From contig CAWBFV010000007.1 of NCBI GenBank assembly GCA_963788235.1, positions 1,682-65,681 of the forward strand: DNA of 64,000 nucleotides, written 5' to 3'. The DNA is from an uncultured Chloroflexia bacterium. Lineage in GTDB: Bacteria; Chloroflexota; Limnocylindria; Limnocylindrales; CSP1-4. A program made the translations under genes and the position numbers. Shown one piece after another: positions 8,899 through 18,463 of this stretch; the stretch's first letter is position 1, and every line of letters starts with the position of its first letter. The notes below the pieces were generated by a model. It did no database searches. It was not told the origin of the DNA and was given only the letters and a program-made list of their open reading frames with translations.

Positions 8899-10347
8899 TC
8901 AGGCCGACCTTCGTGCCGGGCCAACTCGAGTGGCGCGTTCCCCTAGGACCCGTGCCATCCCGCGGAAAATCAGACCATGGATCGGATACAAGACGAACCA
9001 GTAGGCCAGACCCGGCAGTCCCTTCGGCTCGAAGAACGCCGTCTGGATGAGATCGGACCCACGAGCGCTGGGGACGACCTCGTATTGCAGCCAGGCGCGA
9101 CCAGGCACGCGCATTTCAGCACGCAAGCGGAGGAGCTCGGGGCGGTGAATTTCCTCGACGCGCCAGAAGTCGAGCGCGTCGCCAACGCGCAAATGCTCAG
9201 GGTCACGCCGACCAAGGCGCATACCAACACCGCCGACGATGCGGTCGATCAAGCCGCGGACGCGCCACAACCGGTTTGCGTACGGCCAGCCGGCGGAACC
9301 GCCGACGCGCTCGATCTCAGCGAAGACCCGCTCTGGCGAGGCAGCGATGGCTCGCTTGCGTCGCTCGACGATCATGCCTTCGCGCGACGTGACTGACGTC
9401 AGGTCCACCTTGTCAGGGGTCGCGATGGTGTCGAACCAGGTCGATTCGACGGGGTCGGGATCGCTCCGGTCCATCGCCCGTTCGAGGGCGTCGACGTAGG
9501 AAAGGGGATGCAATCCAAACGCTGCAGCGGGCCGGGGGTCGCGCACCACAACTTCGTTCCGAAGCCCCTCGATCAACGGTCGAGCGATCGCCGCGGGGAC
9601 GGGTGTGACCAGATTCACCCAATACGAGCTCAGGCGCGGTGTGAGGACCGGCACGGGGATCATCAGGCGTCGCAAGCCTCTAAGGCGAGCGTAGGTCCGC
9701 ATCATGTCGCCGTACGACAGGACGTCTGGTCCGCCCACCTCGACGATGCCCGTCACCTCGGGATGATCCAGCGCCCCGACGAGGTAGGCGAGCACATCGC
9801 GAACGCCGATCGGCTGGCAGCGAGTTGCAACCCAACGCGGCGTGATCATGATCGGGAGTCGCTCCGTAAGGTGCCGCAGGATCTCGAACGAGGCGCTCCC
9901 TGATCCAATGATCACTGCGGCCCGGAACTCGGTGACGCTGACGCCGACAGAGCCGAGTTCGGCGCCGGCCACGTGACGGCTCCGCAGGTGGTCCGACAGG
10001 CCAGCGGCGTCGTCGCCCAGTCCACCCAGATACACGATCCGGCACACCCCCGCGTGGCTGGCCGCCTGTGCGAAGTTTTTGGCGGCCCGGCGATCTCGCT
10101 CCGCAAATCCTTGCTCGCCAGCGCGCATCGAATGCGCCAAGTAGTACGCAACGTCGATCCCGTCGAGCGCGTAAGTAAGGGTTGCCGCGTCGAGAAGGTC
10201 GGCTTCGACGACGCGCTCGAGCGGGAATCGCGCAGCGAGGGACCGGGTGTCGCGGCTTGTCAGAGTCAGCGCGTGTCCGCGCTCGCGAAGCCGTGGTACG
10301 AGGCGGCTCCCGATATACCCGCTTGCCCCTACAACGAGAATCCGCAC
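8899..10347 (-). CDS. NAD(P)H-binding SDR-family protein with a C-terminal DUF2867-like domain
   Basis: GTG start after GAGAGGGA. Rossmann N-terminus MRILVVGASGYIGSRLV. The long C-terminal domain matches the SDR+DUF2867 architecture. Confidence 0.8.
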   Translation of the reverse strand: MRILVVGASGYIGSRLVPRLRERGHALTLTSRDTRSLAARFPLERVVEADLLDAATLTYALDGIDVAYYLAHSMRAGEQGFAERDRRAAKNFAQAASHAGVCRIVYLGGLGDDAAGLSDHLRSRHVAGAELGSVGVSVTEFRAAVIIGSGSASFEILRHLTERLPIMITPRWVATRCQPIGVRDVLAYLVGALDHPEVTGIVEVGGPDVLSYGDMMRTYARLRGLRRLMIPVPVLTPRLSSYWVNLVTPVPAAIARPLIEGLRNEVVVRDPRPAAAFGLHPLSYVDALERAMDRSDPDPVESTWFDTIATPDKVDLTSVTSREGMIVERRKRAIAASPERVFAEIERVGGSAGWPYANRLWRVRGLIDRIVGGVGMRLGRRDPEHLRVGDALDFWRVEEIHRPELLRLRAEMRVPGRAWLQYEVVPSARGSDLIQTAFFEPKGLPGLAYWFVLYPIHGLIFRGMARVLGERATRVGPARRSA

Positions 10348-10527
10348 GAAATCCCTCTCACTCGGGATCAGGTGACTGAATGAATCAGCCCGATCATTCG
10401 AGGGAAATTGTCCAACGGAGTCCGTGCGATCGGCGGATCGTGGCCTCGCGTTTCCATGCGCTGCGCGCGACAGTTGCGATCCCCGCCGACGCCCCGATCG
10501 ATCCGTGCCCTCCGGGTCGACGGCGGC

Positions 10528-11172
10528 CTAGCTCGAGATCGTGCCGCGCTTCCAGACCGTGCCGGGCATCGCGACCATCAGCACCCACGTCGCGCCGAAC
10601 CGGCACTCCTCGGTCGTGCAGGTGCTGATATCGACCGGCTCCGGTTCGAGCGACAGCTCGTCGCCGTGGATCTCGTACTTGAATTTCATGTCATTGATCA
10701 CGATCCCGTCGGCGCCCTCGAGCTTGTACTCGCCGTCATCGACCTGCTGGCCGTTGAAGTCCTTCGACCCGAACTCGCCGTCGGCGGTGAAGTAGTGCGA
10801 GTGCTTTCGCGGTACGGCACCGGCGCACGGGTGGGCCGGATCCTTGAGCTGCGACGCTTCGGTGACGCCCGGGACGAGCTCGTTGCCGTAGACCTGTTCA
10901 GCGACGAATTCGGGCAGACCCGCCTCGTCGAGCATCGTCATGATCCGCTGGCAATCGTGGGTGCCGACCCACTCCCCGACGATCGAGGACGTGCCGGACG
11001 CACTCGTCGATGGCGCCACCGAGCCTGTTTCCGGGGCGACCGAAACGGGCGCGGACGTGACCCCCGCGGCTCCGCCGGATGGAGCCGCTGTCGATGTCGC
11101 AGCACCCGAACAGGCCGTGGTCAGCAACCCGCCGATGACGACGCTGAGCAGGAGCCTGCGACCCACGCGCAT
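10528..11172 (-). CDS. Hypothetical lipoprotein
   Basis: ATG at 11172 overlaps the upstream stop (ATGA). Signal/lipobox MRVGRRLLLSVVIGGLLTTAC, then an S/T/A-rich linker and a Cys-containing globular domain. Confidence 0.6.
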   Translation of the reverse strand: MRVGRRLLLSVVIGGLLTTACSGAATSTAAPSGGAAGVTSAPVSVAPETGSVAPSTSASGTSSIVGEWVGTHDCQRIMTMLDEAGLPEFVAEQVYGNELVPGVTEASQLKDPAHPCAGAVPRKHSHYFTADGEFGSKDFNGQQVDDGEYKLEGADGIVINDMKFKYEIHGDELSLEPEPVDISTCTTEECRFGATWVLMVAMPGTVWKRGTISS

Positions 11173-11381
11173 CAGTCGAAATCGAAGATCGTGTTGCCCT
11201 CGTAGAACGTCAACACGTACGAGCAGCGCTGGCAGATGAGCATCTCCACGCGGTGGGCGGTCAAGCCCCATGCGCTATCGAACTTGCCCTCCTCGCGTCG
11301 GAACGTGCCATTGCCACAGAGCGGACACATCGGGCGGTCTCGACCACCGAGCACGCCGGGATCGTTCGCTGGATCGGTCAT
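11172..11381 (-). CDS. Small zinc-ribbon protein
   Basis: 69 aa. AAGGAGGG RBS before ATG 11381. Two CxxC pairs (CPLCGNG ... CQRCSY). Confidence 0.65.
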   Translation of the reverse strand: MTDPANDPGVLGGRDRPMCPLCGNGTFRREEGKFDSAWGLTAHRVEMLICQRCSYVLTFYEGNTIFDFD

Positions 11382-11519
11382 GGGGCTTCCCTCCTTGTGC
11401 CTCCCGATCATACGGAACCTCCCCGGCGCCTCCATCGGCGCTCCACATTCGCCCGCGAGTATCCGACGCATGGAACGGCCACCAAGCGAGTGGCCACAGA
11501 CAAAGGAGCACACGCATCC

Positions 11520-12056
11520 ATGCGTAACTTGTTCATCGGTTTGCTGATCGTCGCGGCGATCGTGATCGGCGGTGGGTTCATCGCCAATACGGCCTACCAG
11601 GCCGGCCTGCAGACCGCGGTCACCACGGCCGCGGCCAACGCGCCGGACGGCACCGTCGTCACCCCGGTCGTCCCGGGCGGCTACGGCTACCCGTACGGCT
11701 ATGGCTACGGCTACGGGCCGGGTTGGGGCCACGGGTTCTCGATCTTCGGGTTCCTCGGCACCCTGCTGTTCATCTTCATCATCTTCGGCCTGCTGCGCGC
11801 CGCCTTCGGGCGCGGCCGTGGCTGGGGCGGCGGTGGTTGGGGTGGCGGCTACGGCAAGTGGGGCCCCGGTGGTCCCGGTCGATGGGCCAACGGCGAGCAC
11901 GACCCGCGCAGCCGGTTCCACCAGACCTTCGAGGACTGGCACCGGGAGTCGCACGGCGGATCGAGCTCGACCGGCGAGTCCGGCTCGTCCGGCTCGACTG
12001 GCTCGAGCGGATCCAGCGGCTCGACCCCGCCGACCTCCGGCGGAACGGCGAGCTGA
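11520..12056 (+). CDS. Gly/Tyr/Trp-rich membrane protein upstream of the two-component system
   Basis: AAGGAG RBS before ATG 11520. It has an N-terminal TM, a GYGYPYGYGYGYGPGWG stretch, a second TM, and a GRGRGWGGGGWGGGYGKWGPGGPGRW tail. Confidence 0.6.
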   Translation: MRNLFIGLLIVAAIVIGGGFIANTAYQAGLQTAVTTAAANAPDGTVVTPVVPGGYGYPYGYGYGYGPGWGHGFSIFGFLGTLLFIFIIFGLLRAAFGRGRGWGGGGWGGGYGKWGPGGPGRWANGEHDPRSRFHQTFEDWHRESHGGSSSTGESGSSGSTGSSGSSGSTPPTSGGTAS

Positions 12057-12074
12057 CACTCCCCCACGGAACTC

Positions 12075-12103
12075 GCGCCCTCCCGGGCACCCCGGGAGGG
12101 CGC
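12075..12103 (+). terminator. Hairpin after the Gly-rich protein gene
   Basis: GCGCCCTCCCGGG-CACC-CCGGGAGGGCGC, a 12-13 bp stem with no T-tract. Confidence 0.5.
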
Positions 12104-12118
12104 CTCCGTGTCGCTACG

Positions 12119-12823
12119 ATGCCATCGATGAATCGCACCATCCTCGTGGTCGATGACGAGCCACGGATCGTCGAGCTGGCACGCGACTATCTCGAGCACG
12201 CCGGCTTCGACGTCGTGACCGCCTCCGACGGCCCCACGGCCCTCGCCGCGGCCCGCGACAAGGCACCCGACCTCGTCGTCCTCGACCTCGGTCTCCCTGG
12301 GCTCGATGGCCTCGACGTCACCCGCCAACTCCGCCAAGGCCAGTCGACCGCGGCGCTCCCGATCGTGATGGTCACGGCCCGGGACGACGAGCTCGACAAG
12401 CTGCTCGGCCTCGAGCTCGGTGCCGACGACTACCTCACCAAGCCGTTCTCCCCGCGCGAGCTCGTCGCCCGCGTGAAGGCCGTGCTGCGCCGTGCCGATC
12501 GCCCGATCGGTGCCGGCGACCTGATCCGCGTCGGCGACCTCGAGCTCGACGTCCCGCGAATGCGGACCGAGGTGGCCGGCAGGTCCATCGATCTGACCCC
12601 GACCGAGTTCACGCTTCTCGCCACCCTCGCCCGCCAGCCGGGCCGCATCTTCACGCGCTCGCAACTGCTCGACGCGCTCCACGGGGTGGCGTTCGAGAGC
12701 TACGAGCGCGCGATCGACTCGCACATCAAGAACCTGCGTCGCAAGCTCGAGCCCGATGCGCGCCAACCGCGTTACGTGCTGACCGTGTACGGCGTCGGCT
12801 ATCGAATGGCGGACGATCGATGA
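12119..12823 (+). CDS. OmpR-family response regulator
   Basis: Receiver domain (ILVVDDEP...DLVVLDLGLPGLDG...KPF) plus winged-helix output (TPTEFTLLATLARQPGRIFTRSQLL ... YVLTVYGVGYRM). Confidence 0.92.
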   Translation: MPSMNRTILVVDDEPRIVELARDYLEHAGFDVVTASDGPTALAAARDKAPDLVVLDLGLPGLDGLDVTRQLRQGQSTAALPIVMVTARDDELDKLLGLELGADDYLTKPFSPRELVARVKAVLRRADRPIGAGDLIRVGDLELDVPRMRTEVAGRSIDLTPTEFTLLATLARQPGRIFTRSQLLDALHGVAFESYERAIDSHIKNLRRKLEPDARQPRYVLTVYGVGYRMADDR

Positions 12824-14007
12824 CGGACCCGCAGGACCGGCCGACCGGCGACCGGCCCGAGCCGCAGCGCGGCCCACCCTGGCGCGGCGGACCCCCGTGG
12901 CGCGGCGGACCTCCGTGGTCGGAGGAGGGCGGCCCCGAGGATTGGCGCGAATACCGCCGCGAGATGTGGCGGCGACGCCAGCAGTGGCGCGGCGGACAGT
13001 GGCCACGGCGCGCCCCGGTGTTCGGCTGCCTGTTCGCCATCGTGTTCGCGCTGATCGTGGGCTGGATCATCGCCGGGACCACGATCCTGATCTCGAACAT
13101 CGGCACGCCGCCGGCGATCCTGCTCGGGATCCTGGTGATCGCGCTGATCGCCTGGGTCGGGCGTCGCCTCAACCGCTCGGCACGCACGCTCGACGACCTC
13201 GTCGAGGCGACGGCCCGGGTCGAGGCCGGTGACTACTCGATGCGCGTGACGCCGCCACGAAGGGGACTCCGCTCGGTCCGCCACCTCGTGCGCGGGTTCA
13301 ACACGATGGTCGATCGCCTCGAGCGGAACGAGGACCAGCGCCGGACGCTGCTCAACGACGTCAGCCACGAGCTGCGGACGCCGTTGAGCGTGATCGCCGG
13401 CAACCTCGAGGCGATGATCGATGGCGTCCACCCGGCCGACGAGCCGCACCTCACCGCGATCCTCGAGCAGGCCGGGGTCATGGAGCGGCTGATCGACGAC
13501 CTGCGCACGGTCGCGCTGTCCGAGGCGGGGACGCTGCCGCTGCACACCGAACCCACCGATCCCGACGTGCTGATCGAAGAGGTCGTGCGCTCGTTCGCCG
13601 GCGCTGGCGGCGCGCCGGGAGGCACGACCGAGGTGACCGTCACGGCCGATGTCCCATCCGATCTGCCGATCATCGACGTCGACCCGGTTCGACTCCGCGA
13701 GGTCCTCGCCAATCTCGTCGGGAACGCCGTGCGCCACACCCCGCCCGGCGGCACCGTCACGGTCCGTGCCCGGGCCCTGGACGATCGACTCGAGATCCGT
13801 GTGATCAACACCGGCCCCGGCATCGACCCCGACGTCCTCCCCCACGTCTTCGACCGGTTCGTCAAGGGCGCCGGCTCGACCGGCTCGGGCCTCGGCCTCT
13901 CGATCGCCCGCCACCTCGTCGCCGCCCACGGCGGCACCCTCGACGTCGAATCGACCGGCCCGACCGGGACGACGTTCCTCGCGACGCTCCCGCTTACGGG
14001 CGAGTGA
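12820..14007 (+). CDS. Sensor histidine kinase (HAMP-HisKA-HATPase)
   Basis: ATGA overlap with the regulator. H-box [10 protein letters not shown] boxes [17 protein letters not shown] and [13 protein letters not shown]. The N-terminal tail carries the GPPWRG repeat. Confidence 0.9.
   Translation: MTDPQDRPTGDRPEPQRGPPWRGGPPWRGGPPWSEEGGPEDWREYRREMWRRRQQWRGGQWPRRAPVFGCLFAIVFALIVGWIIAGTTILISNIGTPPAILLGILVIALIAWVGRRLNRSARTLDDLVEATARVEAGDYSMRVTPPRRGLRSVRHLVRGFNTMVDRLERNEDQRRTLLNDVSHELRTPLSVIAGNLEAMIDGVHPADEPHLTAILEQAGVMERLIDDLRTVALSEAGTLPLHTEPTDPDVLIEEVVRSFAGAGGAPGGTTEVTVTADVPSDLPIIDVDPVRLREVLANLVGNAVRHTPPGGTVTVRARALDDRLEIRVINTGPGIDPDVLPHVFDRFVKGAGSTGSGLGLSIARHLVAAHGGTLDVESTGPTGTTFLATLPLTGE
12871..12918 (+). 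repeat. In-frame 18-nt tandem repeat (about 2.7 copies) encoding [16 protein letters not shown] in the kinase N-terminus
   Basis: ggcccaccctggcgcggc / ggacccccgtggcgcggc / ggacctccgtgg, read directly. Confidence 0.8.
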
Positions 14008-15607
14008 TCCGGACGTCGTCCACGGCGGCCTCGACCGTCGAGGCTGAGCCCCGGTCCTCGGCAACGAACACGATCCGGATCGTCTGGCCGGCCCACGGCG
14101 TCATCGAGACCGACACGGTCGTCCACGACGGCCGATCGGTGTTCGCGGCGCCGAACTCCCGCTTGACCAGCGTTCGCGTCCCGTCCTCCGCCTCGACGTA
14201 CGCACGGAACGTGTCCGCGGACGACGAGTTCGAGGCGTGCGCCAGGTAATAGCGGAACGTCAGGCTGCCGACCGGCGCGGCCGGCAGGGTGATCGCCCCT
14301 GAGCGGACAGTGGTCGGCCCGCCGTCGAGATCGTTGGCAGACGCCGATGATCCGGCCGCCGCGCCCGTGACCAGCAACGCTCGACCCGATGGCGCCGTTC
14401 CGGCCTGGTACGCGGTCGGGGCTGGATCGGCTCGCTGCCAGGCACCGCCGCGCACGCCATCGGTGCCGTCCGGGTTCACCGTCCATCCGCGGGAGATCTC
14501 GAAGTCGTCGTAGAACGGCCCGCAGTCGGCCTTCTCCTTGCCGATGATCGTGTACCGGCAGCCGGCCTGCTCCATGAGGTACAGGATCGCGTCCTTGTTG
14601 CGCTCGGTCTCGCGGGTGATGACCTCGTCGGGCGGGTAGAACCGGGAGAGGCTGCTCACCTGCGAGTGCGAGGGATAGAGCTCGATCGTGTACATGAAGA
14701 TGCGGTGGCGCCCGTACGCCCAGTCGATCTCGTCGCCGTCGGTGATGTACAGCGAGCTCGACTGCATCGGGTGGTAGCCGTTCTTACTGGCCATGGCCCG
14801 ACCGATCCCCGCGAGCGCCGCCTGATCGTCCCTGGTCATGTCGGCCGGCACGTCGGCGGTCGTGTAGCCATACGGCCAGAGGACCTGCGCGCCTGCGGAG
14901 TGGAACGTGATCGCTGCGGTGATCTGCTGTCGACCACCCTGCACGCGCGACGCGATGAAGTCGCGGATGACGCGGGTCTCGGGCGCCGAGAATGCCCTCG
15001 ATCCGTGGTAGGTCGCGGACGACTTCGAGCTCGACGAGCCGCCGCAGCACGCCCAGCGGTAGTCGTAATTCCGATTGAGGTCCGTGCCGACCGCGGTCGT
15101 GCCGGCGTTCGGCTGGCGGTTCTTGCGCCAGCCGCGGTAGGGCGAGCCGGTGAGGTCGTACTGCCCGCCGTCGGGGTTGACCATGAACACGATCCAGATC
15201 TCGCGGCGGTCGACGAGCCGCGTGACGCGCCGATCCGAGCCGTAACCGGTGGTCAGCCAGCGCATGATCGCCAGCGACTGCTCGACGGAGAGGTGCTCGC
15301 GGGCGTGGTGCAGCGAGTCGAACAGCACCTCGGGCTCGTCCTCGTCGGTCCCGACGTTGTCCGAGATCTTCACGGCCCAGATGTCGCGGCCCTGGTAGCT
15401 CTTGCCGATCGACCGCTTGGCGATGATTGCCGGGTGGGCGGCCACGGCCGAGTCGATCGCAGCCTCGACCTCGGTGTAGTTGTGGTAGCGGCTGTCCTTG
15501 GCTGGGAAGTTCGGCTCGGCGGCCGCGACGGGAACGGCGGCCACAGTGCCGAGGATCGAGGCAAGGAGGGCGCCAAGCAGCGCCAGGGCGGCGGGCAGGG
15601 ATCGCAT
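13994..15607 (-). CDS. Secreted M14-family zinc carboxypeptidase with a C-terminal accessory domain
   Basis: ATG at 15607 with signal peptide [21 protein letters not shown]14 motifs [10 protein letters not shown] and NPDG. The upstream in-frame extension to 15874 is Arg-rich and non-coding-like. Confidence 0.88.
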   Translation of the reverse strand: MRSLPAALALLGALLASILGTVAAVPVAAAEPNFPAKDSRYHNYTEVEAAIDSAVAAHPAIIAKRSIGKSYQGRDIWAVKISDNVGTDEDEPEVLFDSLHHAREHLSVEQSLAIMRWLTTGYGSDRRVTRLVDRREIWIVFMVNPDGGQYDLTGSPYRGWRKNRQPNAGTTAVGTDLNRNYDYRWACCGGSSSSKSSATYHGSRAFSAPETRVIRDFIASRVQGGRQQITAAITFHSAGAQVLWPYGYTTADVPADMTRDDQAALAGIGRAMASKNGYHPMQSSSLYITDGDEIDWAYGRHRIFMYTIELYPSHSQVSSLSRFYPPDEVITRETERNKDAILYLMEQAGCRYTIIGKEKADCGPFYDDFEISRGWTVNPDGTDGVRGGAWQRADPAPTAYQAGTAPSGRALLVTGAAAGSSASANDLDGGPTTVRSGAITLPAAPVGSLTFRYYLAHASNSSSADTFRAYVEAEDGTRTLVKREFGAANTDRPSWTTVSVSMTPWAGQTIRIVFVAEDRGSASTVEAAVDDVRITRP

Positions 15608-15728
15608 GACCGCCAGTCTGCCGGGTCGGCACGCAGGATGCCAATCGGGCGAACCGGCTAGGCCCCGCCCGGACGATGGGCAGGCACGGCCGGCGCGGCG
15701 CCGGGAGCGGCGACCTCTTTCCCGCACG

Positions 15729-15877
15729 ATGCGACGATTTCGTTGCATCGGCCTCCGAGATTCCGATCCCAACCTGGACTTCGTGCGTGATCCGACGACT
15801 CCGCTCGCTGGGCCGGCCCGCGCCGTGCGCGGCCGCCCAGATTCTCGACCCCGAATCCAACGATTTCGTCGCATCTC
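15729..15877. promoter_or_regulatory. Repeated near-palindromic motif in the divergent promoter region (M14 peptidase <-> DUF2330)
   Basis: GATGCGACGATTTCGTTGCATC at 15729 is a 22-nt palindrome with 2 mismatches. CCAACGATTTCGTCGCATC at 15857 shares ACGATTTCGT-GCATC. A weaker ACTTCGTGCGTGATC lies near 15777. Confidence 0.3.
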
Positions 15878-16001
15878 GCGGCGACGAAGGGCCTCCCCGG
15901 AGGCTCGACGAGCACGCCGCGGAACTGATCCATGCCCTCGGGAGTCTCACCCGGGACGGACCGAGCCCACGGCGGGGCGGCCGTTCACAGGAGGATCGAC
16001 G

Positions 16002-17066
16002 ATGCGATCGATCACTCGTGCCGGCAGGCGCTCCTTCGCCCTCGCCGCCGGCCTCCTCCTGGTCGCCATCAGCGCGGCCCCCGCTCTAGCCTGCGGCGGG
16101 CTCATCGGACCGAATGGGGCGGTCAACCTCCTGCGGACGACGACGTTCGCGGGCTACCACGACGGGGTCGAGCATTACGTGACCTCGTTCGAGTTCGCCG
16201 GGGGCGGGGGTGCCTTCGGCAGCCTCACGCCACTCCCCGGAGTACCGACGAGCGTCGAGAAGGGTGGCGACTGGACGCTCCAGCGCTTGATCCGCGAGAC
16301 GGACCCCGTGCCCGAGGCCGCGTTGTTCGGCGCGGTGCGAGCGTCAGCGGCGGCGAGCGCCGAGGTCCTCATGGAAGTCACGATCGATGCCCTGGACATC
16401 ACGGTCCTCAAGGGCGGCGCCCAGGAGGTCGGCACGTGGGCCACCGACCACGGCTTCCGGCTCCCGCCGGACGCGCCCGAGGTGCTCGACTTCTACGCGC
16501 AGCGCAGCCAGATCTTCCTGGCCGCGGCGTTCGACGGCGAGGCCGCTGCGGCACGCGGGCAGAACGTCGGAGATGGCACGCCCGTGCACATCACGATTCC
16601 GACCGACAACCCGTGGGTCCCGTTGCGGATCCTGGCCCTTGGCAAGACCGGCAATGAGCATGTCGATGCCGACGTGTACCTGATGACCGACCACTCCCCG
16701 GCCCTGCTGCCGCAGCCCGACGGGTTCAACGGCATGAAGCTCCAGCATTCGAGCGCGGCCACGGAGTCGTTGCTCGCCGACCTGCGGTCCGACCGCGGGA
16801 TGGAGTGGGTGCCCGACTCGGCGTGGTTGACCAAGATCGCGATCGATGCCGACGCACCGCAGCTCGGCTATGACCTCGCGGTCGATGCGTCCGGTGCCGG
16901 TTCGCCGTCCCGTGTCGCGGCCGGTCTCGATATGCCCGGTGCCTCCGACCCGACCGTGATGGCGGCGCTCCGCTGGTTCGCGACGGTGTCGTTCGTCGGC
17001 GTGTCGGTCGGGGCGATCGTGCTGTTGATCGCACGGACCACGAATGATCGGCTCCGGCCGGCCTAG
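16002..17066 (+). CDS. DUF2330-like secreted protein with a C-terminal TM anchor
   Basis: AGGAGGA RBS. Signal peptide ending ALACGG. C-terminal TM FATVSFVGVSVGAIVLLIA. The family call is from memory. Confidence 0.65.
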   Translation: MRSITRAGRRSFALAAGLLLVAISAAPALACGGLIGPNGAVNLLRTTTFAGYHDGVEHYVTSFEFAGGGGAFGSLTPLPGVPTSVEKGGDWTLQRLIRETDPVPEAALFGAVRASAAASAEVLMEVTIDALDITVLKGGAQEVGTWATDHGFRLPPDAPEVLDFYAQRSQIFLAAAFDGEAAAARGQNVGDGTPVHITIPTDNPWVPLRILALGKTGNEHVDADVYLMTDHSPALLPQPDGFNGMKLQHSSAATESLLADLRSDRGMEWVPDSAWLTKIAIDADAPQLGYDLAVDASGAGSPSRVAAGLDMPGASDPTVMAALRWFATVSFVGVSVGAIVLLIARTTNDRLRPA

Positions 17067-17106
17067 TCCCGTGCCAGTAGACGTCCCGGCTTCGGCCGCG
17101 ACTTCC

Positions 17107-17559
17107 ATGGTTTCCAAGGCCCGCCGGCCGGGGCGTCTCGCCCTGGTCGGCGGGATCGCGTTGTCGCTCGGGCTGGCGGGGATCGCCGCCGCCTGGGTCC
17201 AGGCTCCCGGCATCGGTCTCGAGCCGGCTACCACGGCCGACATCGGGATCCACTTCTCGCACTTCACGCCGAGCGAGGTGGTCGCGACGGCCGGACGACC
17301 GATCACGATCACGCTGTCCAACACCGACCCGATCGACCACGAGTGGCTCGTGGGCGACACCGCGTTCCACGAGCGGCATCGAACCGGCACCGAGCAGCAC
17401 CACGGTGCGCGCCCGACCGAGGTCTCGATCCCGGCCGGCGCCACGGTCACGACGACCGTGGTCTTCGACCAGCCAGGCGACTACCTGTACATCTGCCACC
17501 TGCCGGGCCACGAGCAGTACGGGATGGTGGGCGTGTTGCGGGTGCTACCCCGGTCCTGA
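17107..17559 (+). CDS. Cupredoxin (plastocyanin/azurin-like) copper-binding protein
   Basis: TM/signal followed by a type-1 copper ligand pattern: H...CHLPGHEQYGM. The start (ATG 17107 vs 17044) is uncertain. Confidence 0.75.
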   Translation: MVSKARRPGRLALVGGIALSLGLAGIAAAWVQAPGIGLEPATTADIGIHFSHFTPSEVVATAGRPITITLSNTDPIDHEWLVGDTAFHERHRTGTEQHHGARPTEVSIPAGATVTTTVVFDQPGDYLYICHLPGHEQYGMVGVLRVLPRS

Positions 17560-17588
17560 CGGCCGACGCCGGCGGCAGAAGCTGACGG

Positions 17589-18443
17589 TCAGCGATCGAG
17601 GACGGGCGGCTCGTGGGTGACCGGCGGGAGATCGAGCTGCGAGACCCAGTTTGCGATCTCGTCGCCCGCAGCGACCCAGACGTCGTCCATCGACTGCGCT
17701 CGCGCGATCAGTTGCTCGAGCGCGGCGGCACGGGCCGGTCGGCCGCTGATGAACGGGTGCATCGTGAGGTCGAACAGCCCACCCACCTCGACGATCGCCT
17801 CGAGCTCCTCGCCCCACGCCGCGCAGACCTCGCTCGGCCGCAGGATCGGCGACGACGCGTACCCGGGCACGTAGTTGTACCGGTTCCAGTCGTCGAGGCT
17901 CCAGTGCATGGGCAGCTCGATCAGCCCCGAGGACCATCGATACGGATGGTCCGAGTCCATCATCCCGGAGCTGTACGTGAAGCCGTTCCTGGCCAGCAGG
18001 TCGGGCGTGCGGAAGTTCATGTCGCATGACGGCGCCCGGTAGCCGATCGGGCGGATGCCCAACACCGAGTCGAGCGCTTCGAGCCCGCGGGTGAGGTAGC
18101 CGACCTCGGTCGCCTCGTCCTTGCCGCGGACGCTCTCGTGCATGTACCCGTGATGGCCGATCTCGTGGCCGGCATCGCGGATCGAGCGCGCCACGTCCGG
18201 CCACGTCTCGGCGACCCAGCCCGGGACGAAGAACGTCGTCCGCAGCTTCCGTCGGTCGAGCATCCGGAGCAGCCGCGGCACGGCGACCTGCGGGCCGTAT
18301 CGCTGGTGGCCGATCACGTCGAGGTAGTCGACGACCTCGGGATGGTCGGTGAGCATCACGGCTTCCGCGTCGACGTCGAAGGTGAACATCGCGGCCGCGC
18401 GGTAGCCGTCGGGCCAGCGGAAACCTTGGGGCAGTGGGTCCAT
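17589..18443 (-). CDS. Polysaccharide deacetylase family protein
   Basis: NodB-like motifs FTFDVD, TFFVPG and HEIGHHGYMHE. Confidence 0.85.
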   Translation of the reverse strand: MDPLPQGFRWPDGYRAAAMFTFDVDAEAVMLTDHPEVVDYLDVIGHQRYGPQVAVPRLLRMLDRRKLRTTFFVPGWVAETWPDVARSIRDAGHEIGHHGYMHESVRGKDEATEVGYLTRGLEALDSVLGIRPIGYRAPSCDMNFRTPDLLARNGFTYSSGMMDSDHPYRWSSGLIELPMHWSLDDWNRYNYVPGYASSPILRPSEVCAAWGEELEAIVEVGGLFDLTMHPFISGRPARAAALEQLIARAQSMDDVWVAAGDEIANWVSQLDLPPVTHEPPVLDR

Positions 18444-18463
18444 GCGCGAACGATACTGGCGGG

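Noticed and set aside
13994-15874. Long N-terminal extensions of several ORF-track entries (M14 peptidase to 15874, ppdK to 26012, CPBP to 4920, tsaD to 47268, nnr to 54530)
   Set aside because: The extensions are Arg/Pro-rich and non-coding-like. Internal starts with an RBS, a signal peptide or operon overlaps give proteins of the expected length.
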